64,000 nt of DNA, taken from the NCBI GenBank assembly GCA_949451655.1, contig CASTST010000002.1:2201-66200 (forward strand), given 5' to 3'. The notes under the pieces are model-generated. The model was not told the origin of the DNA and made no database searches. It saw only the letters and a program-made list of their open reading frames with translations. The translations under genes were made by a program, and so were the position numbers. Source of the DNA: an uncultured Eubacteriales bacterium. GTDB taxonomy: Bacteria; Bacillota; Clostridia; Oscillospirales; CAG-272. Of this stretch, positions 37,676-48,934 are shown one piece after another. The first letter of the stretch is position 1, and every line of letters begins with the position of its first letter.

Positions 37676-38143
37676 ATGTTTGGAATCGGGAAACGGAAAA
37701 AAACAAAAAAGTATGTGCAACAATATAACGATTTGCGGCTTCTTTATTTTAACAAACCAGTTGATGAGGATGTTTCTGCTGCCCTCGACCTCGAAAAAAG
37801 AACATTTGCATTAAAATGGAATAATACCCTGTATATTATGGCGTGGGACAGGCTTTCAGCGTCCTACTACCGTGACATTTATACAACCTTTCTTGCCCAG
37901 GGAAGAGAAGTTTTTTCTGATCATTGGCAGGTCATGCATAATCTGCTGCTGCGGGAAAAAGAAAGTCGGGAACGACAAGGCGAAATAAAAAGCCGTGACG
38001 GAATTAAAATTACATATCAAACAAAAGAAAACGGCATACTGACATGCCTGCTTACCTCAGAGGTACTTCTCTCCATGCCCCACATATATCAGGATCTGCA
38101 TGCATGCATCGGCAGCAAGGATTTTGAAATGGTTGAACTATAA
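37676..38143 (+). CDS. Hypothetical protein
   Basis: 155-aa ORF behind a strong promoter and a GGGGGA RBS. No recognisable motif. AT-rich. Confidence 0.5.
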   Translation: MFGIGKRKKTKKYVQQYNDLRLLYFNKPVDEDVSAALDLEKRTFALKWNNTLYIMAWDRLSASYYRDIYTTFLAQGREVFSDHWQVMHNLLLREKESRERQGEIKSRDGIKITYQTKENGILTCLLTSEVLLSMPHIYQDLHACIGSKDFEMVEL

Positions 38144-38172
38144 TGCTGTATGTAAATCAGGAGCACCCTATT

Positions 38173-39144
38173 ATGGAACAAAAAAAGAAAATTCTTTCGG
38201 TTGCAGGTCCCACTGCATCGGGAAAAACAGCGTTGGCTATATCCCTTGCACGCCGACTTGATGGCGAAGTAATATCCAATGATTCCATGCAGGTTTATAC
38301 GGGAATGACCATCGGCACTGCTGCACCGACAGAATCGGAAATGGGAAATATCCCCCATCACATGATTGCAGCAGTACCGCCTACGGCAGATTTTTCATGC
38401 GCGGACTATGCCGAAATGGCAGCGCCGATTGTGGAAGATATCCTTTCCCGGGATCATCTGCCGGTATTCTGCGGCGGAACAGGGCTGTATCTGGACGCTA
38501 TTTTATATGGGGACGGTTTATCCGACAGCACAAAAAATCCCGCGGTGCGGGCATGTTTTGAAGCAGTTGCCCGGGAGCAGGGCGCAGACGCGCTGCACGG
38601 ACTGCTTGCTGCGGTGGATCCGGAATCTGCGGCAGCCATTCATCCGAACAATGTGCGCCGGGTAATCCGAGCTTTGGAAATCTATGAAACCACTGGGATC
38701 CCGAAATCCCAGTTTGACGGACTTTCCCCTACAGCAGAGGCAAAATACGACTGCGTGAGAATCGTGCTATCCTTTCAGTCCCGCCAGCTTTTGTATGAGC
38801 GAATCGACAGACGGGTTGCAGAAATGATGCAGGCAGGGCTGCTGGAGGAAGTAACCGGGCTATATAAATCAGGACTGCTGCGTGAAGACGCGCCCGCATT
38901 TCAGGCGATTGGATATAAGGAATTTCTGCCGTATTTTGCTGGGGAGTGCACTTTGGAACAGACAGTTGATGAGATTTGCCGCAATACCCGCAGATATGCC
39001 AAGCGGCAGATCACCTGGTTCAAGCGGTATCCTGAGGCGATTATTGTTTCTGTGGATGCGCATGGACAAATGCGCCCCACAGAGGAGCTTGCAGAGGAAG
39101 TTTGCATAGAACTGTATAATCGGCATTTTTTCGGAAACGGATAA
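38173..39144 (+). CDS. miaA: tRNA dimethylallyltransferase
   Basis: ILSVAGPTASGKTALAISLA..VISNDSMQVYTGMTIGTAAPT, IHPNNVRRVIRALE and RQITWF motifs. ATG 38173 (RBS CAGGAG) is preferred over the ORF-track start at 38143. Confidence 0.85.
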   Translation: MEQKKKILSVAGPTASGKTALAISLARRLDGEVISNDSMQVYTGMTIGTAAPTESEMGNIPHHMIAAVPPTADFSCADYAEMAAPIVEDILSRDHLPVFCGGTGLYLDAILYGDGLSDSTKNPAVRACFEAVAREQGADALHGLLAAVDPESAAAIHPNNVRRVIRALEIYETTGIPKSQFDGLSPTAEAKYDCVRIVLSFQSRQLLYERIDRRVAEMMQAGLLEEVTGLYKSGLLREDAPAFQAIGYKEFLPYFAGECTLEQTVDEICRNTRRYAKRQITWFKRYPEAIIVSVDAHGQMRPTEELAEEVCIELYNRHFFGNG

Positions 39145-39174
39145 TATTGCATATTATAAAGCGAGGGCGATGGT

Positions 39175-39834
39175 ATGATTACTTATGCGCAGCTGCGGGA
39201 AAATGAAGAAATCCGGACCTATATAGAAAAAGCGGACGAAGCGCTGGCGGCGCTCGGCTATACAGAACACAGCTTTGCTCATGTAACAAAAGTAAGTCAG
39301 ATTTCCAGTTACATTCTAACGGAAATGGGAGCAGACTCCCATGCTGTGGAACTGGCACAGATCGCAGCATATCTTCACGATATCGGAAATCTGGTGAACC
39401 GTGTGGATCACTCACAAAGCGGCGCAGTCATGGCGTTTCGTATTTTACGGAGTATGGACATGGATCCGCGGGATGTGGCAACAATCGTATCTGCAATCGG
39501 CAACCACGATGAGGGAACAGGCGTACCGATCAATGACATATCGGCTGCATTGATTTTGGCTGACAAGTCGGATGTGCGGCGCAGTCGGGTACGCAATACG
39601 GATGTGGCGAATTTTGACATACACGACCGGGTGAATTATTCGGTAACGGATTCTGTATTAGAGATAAACGGGGATAAAACGGAAATCACGCTGATGCTGA
39701 CAATTGATACAAAATATGGCAGTGTAATGGACTATTTTGAAATTTTCCTGGGGCGTATGGTGCTTTGCCGAAAGGCTGCGGAAAAGCTGGGACTGCGGTT
39801 TCGCCTGCAAATAAACGGGCAGTCCTTGCTGTGA
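39175..39834 (+). CDS. HD domain phosphohydrolase
   Basis: HSFAHVTKV .. AAYLHDIGN .. GNHDE pattern of the HD superfamily. Confidence 0.75.
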   Translation: MITYAQLRENEEIRTYIEKADEALAALGYTEHSFAHVTKVSQISSYILTEMGADSHAVELAQIAAYLHDIGNLVNRVDHSQSGAVMAFRILRSMDMDPRDVATIVSAIGNHDEGTGVPINDISAALILADKSDVRRSRVRNTDVANFDIHDRVNYSVTDSVLEINGDKTEITLMLTIDTKYGSVMDYFEIFLGRMVLCRKAAEKLGLRFRLQINGQSLL

Positions 39835-39899
39835 AAGATCAGCTTTACGTTGCGTCCAACTCCAAAAGACTTCCGGGTGTAGATGTGGCACAAGCACAA

Positions 39900-40330
39900 C
39901 TTCAATCAAAAGGCTCCCATGTGAGCTGTCGCGCAGATCCCTACTTAAAAGGCCCCCTTGTGCGGGGATCCGGTTTCGAATCCCTGGGGCATCCCGCGGA
40001 GCAAGCACCCACATTAAAAGGCCCCCTTGTGCAAAGGGGGCTCCCGCGAAGCGGGTGGAGGATTGTTTGTATAAGCTGCCGAGTTATTATATCTGCAAAA
40101 TGATAGCATGACAATCCCTCAGTCATGCCTACGGCATGACAGCTCCCTTTGCACAAGGGAGCCTTTTTAAACGTGGGTGCTATGCGGAGATAGCTCCCTA
40201 TGGAGCCACGCAGTGGATCCTCACAAGGGAGGCTATGAAGTAGGACGAGGTTTGCAGCGCATCGCCTCCCTTTGATGGGGGGAGCCTTTTAAGTTATGTG
40301 TTACGCGATAGTTCCCTTTGCTGGGGAATT
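39900..40330. repeat. Mosaic palindromic intergenic repeat cluster C
   Basis: TIR core 40057..40120 (orientation R). Flanked by hairpins CCCGCGAAGCGGG and GTCATGCCTACGGCATGAC. Also contains GGGGATCCGGTTTCGAATCCCTGGGGCATCCCGCG and GCCACGCAGTGGATCCTCACAAGGGAG submodules. Confidence 0.85.
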
Positions 40331-40419
40331 CGTACTGTATGCAATTTTTTCAATTTCGTATACATGTCAATCATAGGGGAATAATAAATGCAGTCCAGTC
40401 AGTAGAAAGGATTTCCGCT

Positions 40420-40662
40420 ATGAATGATAAAAAGAAAAAGAAACCGATTGAAAATGAAGAAAATCTGGTATCTCCTCTGGAGGATTTTACCGGTCCCGAT
40501 GAGCCGAACGGACCCGCATCTGCTCAAATTTACCCTTCCAATGAGGTAGAAGACGGCATTCGTCCCCGCATGACAGTAGGAGATCTTGCAGGGGAGGAAT
40601 ATTCCCGCTATCCCGCAAAAAATACAGAAGATGGCGGAGACACGCCTGTCGGAGAAGATTAA
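40420..40662 (+). CDS. Hypothetical small acidic protein
   Basis: 80 aa from ATG 40420 (RBS AGAAAGGA, 8-nt spacer). Followed by a strong terminator. The longer ORF-track start lies inside the repeat cluster. Confidence 0.4.
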   Translation: MNDKKKKKPIENEENLVSPLEDFTGPDEPNGPASAQIYPSNEVEDGIRPRMTVGDLAGEEYSRYPAKNTEDGGDTPVGED

Positions 40663-40676
40663 ATTATATGAAAATT

Positions 40677-40716
40677 CGTCCTGAATGCATGCTGCGTTCA
40701 GGACGTTCATTTTTTT
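40677..40716 (+). terminator. Intrinsic terminator
   Basis: CGTCCTGAA-(11 nt)-TTCAGGACG followed by TTCATTTTTTT. Confidence 0.75.
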
Positions 40717-40749
40717 ATTAAATCTGCATAATCTTTATTTGGTTTGTAA

Positions 40750-40936
40750 ATTCCCCGGCAAAAGGGACCTGTCACACAGCACCCGCGTTAAAAGCCTCAT
40801 GTGAGGATCTGCGGCGCAGCTCCATAGGGGGCTGGCTCCGCGTAGCGGAGACTGAGGGATTGTTTTTACTATCATTTTGGATAATGATAAAATCGGCAAT
40901 CTGTGCAAACAATCCCCTCGCTTTGTACAAAGCAAA
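40750..40936. repeat. Mosaic palindromic intergenic repeat cluster D
   Basis: TIR core 40854..40919 (orientation F) preceded by hairpin CTCCGCGTAGCGGAG. Flanking C-rich hairpin variants. Confidence 0.8.
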
Positions 40937-41080
40937 ACTAAACTTGTGCTTTGCTTCTCTTTCCCAGAGAACACCATTTTTAGTCCAATCACTTCAATGC
41001 TGCTCCATTACAGGCGCGGCTTGATTAAATTTATGCGACACGGGGAAACCTATAGGAAAGCCAACAGAAAGGCAACAATC

Positions 41081-42283
41081 ATGTATATCAACCCTAAACT
41101 GCGAGATATCCGATACGAAATCCGCGGCGCACTGCAGCAAACCGCAGATGAAATGCAAAACCGCGGCGAAAAAATACTGCATCTTAACATTGGAAATCCT
41201 GCTTCGTTCGGATTCCGCGCACCGGAAGACTTACTGCACGCCTATACGGATCGTCTTATTGCATCCCAAGGATATTCCGACTCCCGGGGGCTTCTCAGCG
41301 CCCGGCTGGCTATTACAGAATACTGCCGCAAAAAAGGGATGTTTCCTTATTCCACCGATACGGTGTATACAGGCAATGGCGTCAGTGAAATGATCCTTAT
41401 GTCTATGCAGTCACTGCTGGAAAACGGGGACGAGGTGCTTGTTCCTGCACCGGACTATCCTCTGTGGACTGCCGCAGTTCGGCTGGCAGGAGGGCGCGCT
41501 GTACATTATCTGTGCGATGAAGCCGCAGGGTGGATTCCCGATTTGCAGGATATGGAACGGAAAATCACCTGCCGCACCCGGGGGATTGTTTTAATCAATC
41601 CCAACAATCCGACAGGCGCATTATACCCTGCCGCGGTACTATCGGAAATCGGTGCGCTTGCCCGACGGCACGGGCTGATCTTACTGTCAGACGAAATTTA
41701 TGATCGGCTGGTGCTGGATGGTCGCACCCACGTTGCCACCGCTGCTGCCGTGCCGGATGTACCGGTTGTCTGCTATAACGGACTTTCCAAATCCCACCTG
41801 GTTTCCGGATTTCGGTGCGGATGGATGTGCTTGTGCGGAGACTGGTCCCGGCACAGCGGATTTATCCGGGGAATGGATTTGCTCGCTTCTCTGCGGCTGT
41901 GCTCCAATGTGCCTTCCCAGGCAATTATTCCGGACGCTCTTGCAAACGATGCTGCAATGCAGGCGCTGCTCGCACCCGGCGGAAGGATTTTCCAACAGCG
42001 GCAAGCTGTATGCGATGCATTGGCAGAAATCACTGGAATCAGCTTTTGTACACCCCAGGCAGGATTTTATATTTTTCCGAAAATAGATTTGCACAGATAC
42101 CCTATTGGTGACGATAATGCGTTTGCAGCCCGTCTGCTCACCAGAGAGAAAATTCTTATTACGCCGGGAACCGGCTTTAACTGGACTACTCCGGATCACT
42201 TTCGCATTGTGTTTCTGCCAACGGCAGAGCAGCTTACAGATGCGGTTGCGCGGATTGGTTCGGTATTGGAATCTTTTGTATAA
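41081..42283 (+). CDS. Pyridoxal-phosphate-dependent aminotransferase (AlaA-like, class I/II)
   Basis: MYINPKLRDIRYEIRG N-terminus, LNIGNP, INPNNPTG and YNGLSKSHLVSGFRCGW (PLP-Lys context). The ORF-track start at 40877 lies inside repeat cluster D. Confidence 0.85.
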   Translation: MYINPKLRDIRYEIRGALQQTADEMQNRGEKILHLNIGNPASFGFRAPEDLLHAYTDRLIASQGYSDSRGLLSARLAITEYCRKKGMFPYSTDTVYTGNGVSEMILMSMQSLLENGDEVLVPAPDYPLWTAAVRLAGGRAVHYLCDEAAGWIPDLQDMERKITCRTRGIVLINPNNPTGALYPAAVLSEIGALARRHGLILLSDEIYDRLVLDGRTHVATAAAVPDVPVVCYNGLSKSHLVSGFRCGWMCLCGDWSRHSGFIRGMDLLASLRLCSNVPSQAIIPDALANDAAMQALLAPGGRIFQQRQAVCDALAEITGISFCTPQAGFYIFPKIDLHRYPIGDDNAFAARLLTREKILITPGTGFNWTTPDHFRIVFLPTAEQLTDAVARIGSVLESFV

Positions 42284-42289
42284 ACGAAA

Positions 42290-42888
42290 AAGGCTGCCCA
42301 CGGCAAAGGAACTCCCGCAAAGCACAAACAAAAAGGCTCCCTTGTGTAAAGGGAGCTCCCGCGTTAGCGGGTGAGGGATTGTTTTGTGATGATCATTTTG
42401 CAGGATCAATAAATCGGCAGTATGTTTATACAATCCCTCCGAGTTTTGCTACGCAAAACCCACCTCCCTTTACACAAGGGAGGCTTAGGTTTGCTTGAAG
42501 GCTCCCTTGTGAGAATCCACTACGCGGCTCCTAAGGTACTATCGCGCAGCCACCGCGTTAAAAAGGCTCCCTGTGCGGGGATTCGCTTTCGAATCCCTGG
42601 GGCATCCCGCGAAGCGGGTGGGGGATTGTTTTTACTATCATTTTGGATAATGTTAAAGTCGGCAGTATGTACAGACAATTCCTCCGACACGATCGCTGCG
42701 CTTGGCCGCGCCACCTCCTTTTACACAAAGGAGGCTTATAAAATTGGTAGGAAGGCTCCCTTTGCACAAGGGGGGCTTTTATTGCTTGTGCTATACTACT
42801 GCAGCTGAGGGAGCCTTTTTACTTGTGCTATGCGGTTCCAGCACAGGGGAGGCTTTTTGTTTGGTGGGGCTCCTCACATGGGAGCCTT
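42290..42888. repeat. Mosaic palindromic intergenic repeat cluster E (two cores)
   Basis: TIR cores 42373..42439 and 42620..42684, both orientation F and 247 bp apart. Many CCCTT(T)GTGCAAAGGG-type hairpins. GGGGATTCGCTTTCGAATCCCTGGGGCATCCCGCG submodule. Fills the convergent alaA-like/uvrA gap. Confidence 0.9.
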
Positions 42889-42891
42889 TCC

Positions 42892-45741
42892 TTATTCCTT
42901 ATCAAATCCGGGAAGTTTTCCCCGCAGATACTGTCCTGTATAAGACGCGGGACACTCTGCAACCTCCTCCGGCGTGCCGCAGCAAACGATATTGCCGCCG
43001 CCGGCTCCGCCTTCCGGTCCCAAGTCAATAATATAATCCGCCGTTTTGATAATATCCAGATTGTGCTCAATCACCAGCACTGTATTTCCTGCATCCACCA
43101 GCCGTTGAAGCACGCTGATCAGTTTTTCCACATCGGCAGTGTGCAATCCTGTAGTGGGTTCGTCCAATACATAAATCGTGCGGCCTGTGCTGCGTTTGGA
43201 TAGCTCCGCAGACAATTTCACCCGCTGGGCTTCTCCGCCGGACAAGGTGGTGGAAGACTGTCCGATTTTCACATAGCCAAGTCCCACATCGCACAAGGTT
43301 TTCAGCCGGTTCGCAATACGGGGCAGATCGGCGAAAAATGCCGCGCCTTCTTCGGCAGTCATTTCCAGCACATCGGCAATGCTTTTGCCTTTGTACTTTG
43401 CCTCCAGCGTTTCTTTATTATATCGCTTGCCATGGCACACATCGCAGGTGACATACACATCCGGCAAGAAGTGCATTTCAATTTTCTTCACACCGTCCCC
43501 TTCGCATGCCTCGCAGCGTCCGCCACGCACGTTAAAGGAAAACCGACCTGCTTTATATCCCCGCAGGTTTGCCGCCGGTGTTTTTGCGAACAGCTCCCGT
43601 ATATCGGTAAACAGTCCTGTATATGTGGCAGGATTGGAACGGGGCGTGCGCCCGATGGGGCTTTGGTCGATGTCAATGACTTTGTCCAGCGCCTCAATGC
43701 CGCGGATCTCTTTATGTTTACCCGGCCAAGTGGTGGCACGGTTCAGGGATGCGGCAAGAGAGCGATATATAATCGTATTCACAAGGGAAGATTTTCCGCT
43801 TCCGGACACGCCGGTGACGCAGACAAAACATCCCAGGGGAATATCTACAGTAACATTTTTCAGATTGTTTTCACACGCATCCACAACGGTGAGAACCTTG
43901 CCGTTGCCCTTTCTCCGATGCTCCGGCACGGCAATGGTGCGCCGTCCGGATAAAAACGCGCCGGTGAGGGATTTTTTATCCGCCATGATCTGCTTGGGCG
44001 TGCCGGCGGCAACAACTTCGCCCCCGTGTACACCTGCACCCGGACCGATATCCAAAATATAGTCCGCATTTTCCATGGTTTCTTCATCATGCTCCACCAC
44101 GATTACGCTGTTGCCGATATCCCGCAGCTGCTTCAGCGTTTGAATCAGCTTGCTGTTGTCCCGCTGGTGCAGACCAATGCTGGGCTCATCCAGAATATAC
44201 AAAACCCCTGCAAGGGAAGATCCAATCTGGGTTGCTAGACGGATTCGCTGCGCCTCGCCGCCGGACAGAGTACCGCTGCGCCGGGACAGTGTAAGATATT
44301 CCAAACCAACGGATGCCAAAAAGCCCAGTCTGCTTTTCAGCTCTTTGATAATCTGCCGCGCAATTTGTTCTTCCATTTCAGTGAAGTGCAGGTTGTTTGT
44401 AAACGCCAACGCATCTGTAATGGACAAATTGCAGAACTGGTCGATATTCAGCCCGCCTATGGTAACGGAAAGGGATTCCGGACTCAACCGGCTGCCGCCG
44501 CAGGCGGGACAGTCCTGCTCCTCCATAAATTGCTCATAATATTCATTTTCTGCACCGCCCTGCTCCATCCGGGCGCTGATCGTATGGAGTATGCCTTCAT
44601 ATTTCACACGCTGCCGGCGGGTGTATCCACCAAAGCCCCGAACGATGTCATAGGTTTCGTCTCCCGTTCCATGGAGCAATGCTTTCAGTGCTTTATCGGA
44701 GAAAGTGGACAAGGGCTGATCCATACGGAATCCGTATTTTTCTCCCACAGCGGCAATCAGCGGACCGGTCCATGTATCCGGACCCAAGGTTTTGAATCCG
44801 TTTACAGCAATTCCCCCCTCCAGAAGGGACAGTTCCCGGTCAGGAAGGATTTTCTGTATGGAAATGTTGCGGGTCACGCCGAGACCGGCACAGCTTTTGC
44901 AGGCACCGAAAGGATTGTTGAAGGAGAACATCCGGGGTTCCAGTTCACCGAAACTGATCCCATGCTCCCCACAGGCATAGTTTGTGGAAAATTGCAGTTC
45001 TTCTTCTGTTCCTCCGTCGCTTCCCGGCAGAATCACAACGGTCAGCAGACCGCCACTTTCCCGCAGAGCTGTTTCCACGCTGTCGGACAGACGGGTACGA
45101 ATATCCGGCTTCATTACCAGTCGGTCCACTACAATTTCAATGGAATGCCGCTGATTTTTCTCCAGTTCAAAATCCTCTGCCAAATCATAGATGATTCCAT
45201 CGCAGCGCACTCTGGAAAAGCCGCTTTTCTTTGCATCGTCCAGCACTTTTTCGTGCCGTCCCTTTTTTCCGCGGACTACGGGAGAAAGGATCATAAACCG
45301 TGCGCCCTCCGGGATGCCCATGACCCGATCCATGATCTGATCTGTTGTCTGCTGCCGGATTTCCTTACCGCAGACAGGACAATGGGGCACGCCCAAGCGA
45401 GCATACAGAAGCCGGAGATAGTCATAAATCTCTGTAACGGTGCCCACAGTAGAGCGGGGGTTTTTGGAGGTAGTTTTCTGGTCAATGGAAATTGCAGGGG
45501 ACAGTCCTTCCACGGAATCTATATCCGGCTTGTCCATCTGCCCCAGAAACATCCGGGCATAGGAGGAAAGACTTTCCACAAACCGGCGGTGTCCTTCTGC
45601 ATAAATGGTATCAAAGGCAAGGGAGGATTTCCCCGATCCGGACAGTCCGGTAAGAACTACCAGCTTGTCCCGGGGAATTTTCACATCAATATTTTTCAGA
45701 TTATTTACGCGGGCGCCCCGCACAGTGAGATATTTCGGCAT
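42892..45741 (-). CDS. uvrA: Excinuclease ABC subunit A
   Basis: 949 aa. [50 protein letters not shown], two ABC ATPase modules (a second [10 protein letters not shown]), LSGGEAQR signatures and zinc-finger Cys pairs. Confidence 0.95.
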   Translation of the reverse strand: MPKYLTVRGARVNNLKNIDVKIPRDKLVVLTGLSGSGKSSLAFDTIYAEGHRRFVESLSSYARMFLGQMDKPDIDSVEGLSPAISIDQKTTSKNPRSTVGTVTEIYDYLRLLYARLGVPHCPVCGKEIRQQTTDQIMDRVMGIPEGARFMILSPVVRGKKGRHEKVLDDAKKSGFSRVRCDGIIYDLAEDFELEKNQRHSIEIVVDRLVMKPDIRTRLSDSVETALRESGGLLTVVILPGSDGGTEEELQFSTNYACGEHGISFGELEPRMFSFNNPFGACKSCAGLGVTRNISIQKILPDRELSLLEGGIAVNGFKTLGPDTWTGPLIAAVGEKYGFRMDQPLSTFSDKALKALLHGTGDETYDIVRGFGGYTRRQRVKYEGILHTISARMEQGGAENEYYEQFMEEQDCPACGGSRLSPESLSVTIGGLNIDQFCNLSITDALAFTNNLHFTEMEEQIARQIIKELKSRLGFLASVGLEYLTLSRRSGTLSGGEAQRIRLATQIGSSLAGVLYILDEPSIGLHQRDNSKLIQTLKQLRDIGNSVIVVEHDEETMENADYILDIGPGAGVHGGEVVAAGTPKQIMADKKSLTGAFLSGRRTIAVPEHRRKGNGKVLTVVDACENNLKNVTVDIPLGCFVCVTGVSGSGKSSLVNTIIYRSLAASLNRATTWPGKHKEIRGIEALDKVIDIDQSPIGRTPRSNPATYTGLFTDIRELFAKTPAANLRGYKAGRFSFNVRGGRCEACEGDGVKKIEMHFLPDVYVTCDVCHGKRYNKETLEAKYKGKSIADVLEMTAEEGAAFFADLPRIANRLKTLCDVGLGYVKIGQSSTTLSGGEAQRVKLSAELSKRSTGRTIYVLDEPTTGLHTADVEKLISVLQRLVDAGNTVLVIEHNLDIIKTADYIIDLGPEGGAGGGNIVCCGTPEEVAECPASYTGQYLRGKLPGFDKE

Positions 45742-45819
45742 ATACGATCATCCTTTTTATAGTTGGAAAGAAGGGAGTTTGTAAGGCTCTTTCTGCTGGA
45801 ACTGTACAACATGCTCCGT

Positions 45820-46275
45820 TAAAGGCTCCCCTAGCAAAGGGAACGCTAAACTTAATCAAGCCCCCTTGTGCAAAGGGGGGTGGCTCGCTGTAAGCGAGTC
45901 GGGGGGATTGTAAAGCTGTCGATTTATAGATAATCTAAAATGACAATAGGGACAATCCCTCACCCGCTAACGCGGGAGCTCCCTTTGCACAAGGGAGCCT
46001 TTTAAGTAGGGTGCTACGCGGAGCCAGCACAAGAGGGGTGTCACAGCTTTGCTGTGACGGGGGGATTGTACGCATAGGCTGGTGATTTATAGATCCTGCA
46101 AAATGATAGATAACAATCCCTCAGTCATGCCTACGGCATGACAGCTCCCTTTGCACAAGGGAGCCTTTTAAGTATGCTGCGCTCCGCGGGATGCCCCAGG
46201 GATTCGAAACCGAATCCCCACACAAGGGAGCCTTTTAAGCTTGATTTCGCTACAGTCTCCGGCGGAGCCTTTTTG
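45820..46275. repeat. Mosaic palindromic intergenic repeat cluster F (two cores)
   Basis: TIR cores 45902..45961 and 46060..46122, both orientation R. Flanking hairpins GCTCGCTGTAAGCGAG, GTCACAGCTTTGCTGTGAC and GTCATGCCTACGGCATGAC. GGGATTCGAAACCGAATCCCC submodule. Confidence 0.9.
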
Positions 46276-46404
46276 GTTCCTACAAACTTATACACGCAAG
46301 CGTTCGCCGGGAAGCGAACGCTTGTTTGTTACTGCTATTGTACAGAATATAATATGACAACAGTGTGTCATATTATGACGAATTTTATACCTTTTTGTCC
46401 GGTA

Positions 46405-48711
46405 TTATTTTCCGGCTTCTTCCCGTTCTTCTCTGGCTCTTCCGGTGAGACTGCCGGCAAGAATGATTTTCCGCTCATCGTCAGTCAGACTTCCCAAAGA
46501 GAAAGTGTGTTTCGTCACGGTTCCCTCTCCTGTGTGATACAGATATCCTTCCACAGTCTCTGCACCGTTTGCAACAGCGCTGCGGATGCCGGGCAGTATC
46601 AGCCAGTCGCCGCAGAGGATTTCATCCTCCATGGTGCCGCCGTTTTTACCCATAGCCATTTCCGGGCAGGTCAGGGGCAGCATACCCCAGTTAATCAGAT
46701 TGGAACGATACCGTTTGGTAGCGTAATCCCGGGCAATGTTGGCAGCGCCGCCCAGCACACGCTGACAGGATGCTGCCTGCTCTCTGGCGCTTCCGTCCCC
46801 CGGACGGACTGCGCAAACCAAGCTTCCGATGCTGACGGAACCTTCCAGCTTACCGCAAGCGGCAATGGCTGCTTCCATAGCGGCTACGGCATTCTGATCC
46901 AGCAGAGCAGGATTATATTCTTCCCCTACGTAGTTCTGTGCCGCCGCGTGAATAGCGTCCGCACGGTTTACATATTCCGGATCCCGGCGGGACAGAGTCA
47001 GGCGAGACAGACGGAAGGGATTGGAACGGTAAGAAGAAGATTCACCGGAGGGAATCAGCTCGTCTGTAGTAGTCACTTCATCGTCGATGACAGAAGCAAC
47101 ACCCAGTACCAGATTGTCTCCCAAAGCGGGCATCTTGGGCCAGTCTTTAATATTGGGACCGAATTTCAGTTCGGCGTTCTTGTCTGCCTTGCCGTAGCCG
47201 AACCATACCCGGTTCTCGTAAATGGAAGTATCAAATTTATAATCCGGTGTGCGGTATTCCACATCCAGTTCATCCGCACCGGTAAGCAAACCGCCGGCTG
47301 CGGCAGTTGCTGCAATGGAACGTGCATCCATCAGGGCTACGGATGCAAACTGTCCTTCTCCGGGTTTGGAGCCTTCCCGGTTGGGGAAGTTCCGGGTAGA
47401 ATGGCGAATGCTCAATCCGCCGTTGGCAGGTACATCGCCCGCACCGAAGCAAGGACCGCAGAAGGCAGTGCGCAAAGTTGCGCCGGCACGCATCAGTTCG
47501 GATGCAATACCGGTATCCAGCATACGCACAAAAGCGGGCTGGCTGGCAGGATATGCGGAAAGGGCAAAGCTGTCCGCTCCGATGGAAGTACCGCGCAGGA
47601 TATCCGCAGCGGCGCACAGGTTATCGTAAGTACCGCCGGCACATCCGGCAATAACGCCTTGATCTACCCGCACGCGTCCGGTTGCAGGATCCACTTTATC
47701 GGTAAGCTGCAGGGTTCCGGGAGCAAGACCCAGCTGCTGCTCGCCTTTGATTTCCACCTGACGCAGAATATCGCCTGCATTTTCGTTCAACTGCCGTACA
47801 GTATAAGTATTGGAAGGATGGAAGGGCAGTGCGATCATCGGCTCAACCTTAGACAGATCCACCAGTACCGCGCCGTCATAATATGCCATATCGGCAGGAG
47901 CAAGCTCTTTATAAGCCTCGGGTCTGCCATGCATCTGGAAATACCGCTGTGTTTCTGCATCTGTCGTCCAGATGGAGGAAAGGCAAGTGGTTTCCGTTGT
48001 CATAACGTCGATGCCGTTCCGGAATTCGATGGGCAGATTTGCAATGCCGTCCCCAACGAATTCCAAAACCTTATTTTTCACAAACTTTTTGGAGAACACT
48101 GCACCGATAATTGCCAGCGCCACGTCCTGAGGACCTACGCCCGGACGGGGTTTGTCGGTAAGATGGACAGCAATTACCTCGGGCATGTCCACATCATAAG
48201 TGCGGCTGAGAATCTGTTTTACCAGTTCGGGACCGCCTTCTCCCACTGCCATGGTGCCAAGGGCGCCGTACCGGGTGTGGCTGTCACTGCCAAGAATCAT
48301 TTTTCCGCAGCCGCTCATCATTTCCCGCATAAATGCATGGATTACCGCCTGATGGGCAGGAACATAGATCGCGCCGTATTTTTTCGCCGCAGACAGACCA
48401 AACATGTGGTCGTCCTCGTTAATGGTGCCGCCCACAGCGCACAGGCTGTTATGGCAGTTTGTAAGTACATAGGGCAGGGGCAGTTCTTCCAAACCGCCGG
48501 CGCGGGCTGTCATCAGAATGCCTACGTATGTAATATCGTGGGAAGCCAGCGCGTCAAAGCGAATTTTCAAATGCTTGTCATCTCCGCCCACATTGTGGCT
48601 TTTCAAAATGGAATGGGCAATGGTGCCCTGTCTTGCGACAGCAGGATCGCCGCCCGCGTCCAGAAAACGGTTGTCTTTCAGAAATACGCCGTGTTCAATC
48701 AATTTTACCAT
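46405..48711 (-). CDS. Aconitase-family hydratase
   Basis: 768 aa from ATG 48711 (RBS GGAGG). GSDSHT, CGPCFG and swivel-domain motifs typical of aconitase/IPM isomerase-family hydratases. The exact substrate cannot be assigned from sequence alone. Confidence 0.8.
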   Translation of the reverse strand: MVKLIEHGVFLKDNRFLDAGGDPAVARQGTIAHSILKSHNVGGDDKHLKIRFDALASHDITYVGILMTARAGGLEELPLPYVLTNCHNSLCAVGGTINEDDHMFGLSAAKKYGAIYVPAHQAVIHAFMREMMSGCGKMILGSDSHTRYGALGTMAVGEGGPELVKQILSRTYDVDMPEVIAVHLTDKPRPGVGPQDVALAIIGAVFSKKFVKNKVLEFVGDGIANLPIEFRNGIDVMTTETTCLSSIWTTDAETQRYFQMHGRPEAYKELAPADMAYYDGAVLVDLSKVEPMIALPFHPSNTYTVRQLNENAGDILRQVEIKGEQQLGLAPGTLQLTDKVDPATGRVRVDQGVIAGCAGGTYDNLCAAADILRGTSIGADSFALSAYPASQPAFVRMLDTGIASELMRAGATLRTAFCGPCFGAGDVPANGGLSIRHSTRNFPNREGSKPGEGQFASVALMDARSIAATAAAGGLLTGADELDVEYRTPDYKFDTSIYENRVWFGYGKADKNAELKFGPNIKDWPKMPALGDNLVLGVASVIDDEVTTTDELIPSGESSSYRSNPFRLSRLTLSRRDPEYVNRADAIHAAAQNYVGEEYNPALLDQNAVAAMEAAIAACGKLEGSVSIGSLVCAVRPGDGSAREQAASCQRVLGGAANIARDYATKRYRSNLINWGMLPLTCPEMAMGKNGGTMEDEILCGDWLILPGIRSAVANGAETVEGYLYHTGEGTVTKHTFSLGSLTDDERKIILAGSLTGRAREEREEAGK

Positions 48712-48888
48712 GCAAAAACCTCCGATATGCCGCGTTTCGCGGCAAAATACTATCATAAAGCGAATACTATCATTATATACTATAAACAAAGAAAAATCAA
48801 CTGGACGGGGCGATAAAATTGCGCCGTGTCAAATGTTGGAAAATTATTTGGAAGAATCCACAAAACTGAAAAAAACTTTGGAAGATTG

Positions 48889-48917
48889 TAGACAGAATTC
48901 GCCCGGTATGGTATAAT
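48889..48917 (+). promoter_or_regulatory. Candidate promoter upstream of repeat cluster G and the GS-like gene
   Basis: TAGACA (48889-48894), 17 nt, TGgTATAAT (-10 at 48912-48917). Confidence 0.4.
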
Positions 48918-48934
48918 GTGTGCAGGTAGTTTAT

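Noticed and set aside
46138-48816. 892-aa + strand ORF overlapping the aconitase-family gene (similarly 44365..45762 opposite uvrA, 5642..6631 opposite iorAB, 58049..58813 opposite the PP2C gene)
   Set aside because: These are shadow ORFs antisense to genes with clear family motifs in GC-rich DNA. They have no RBS or motif support.
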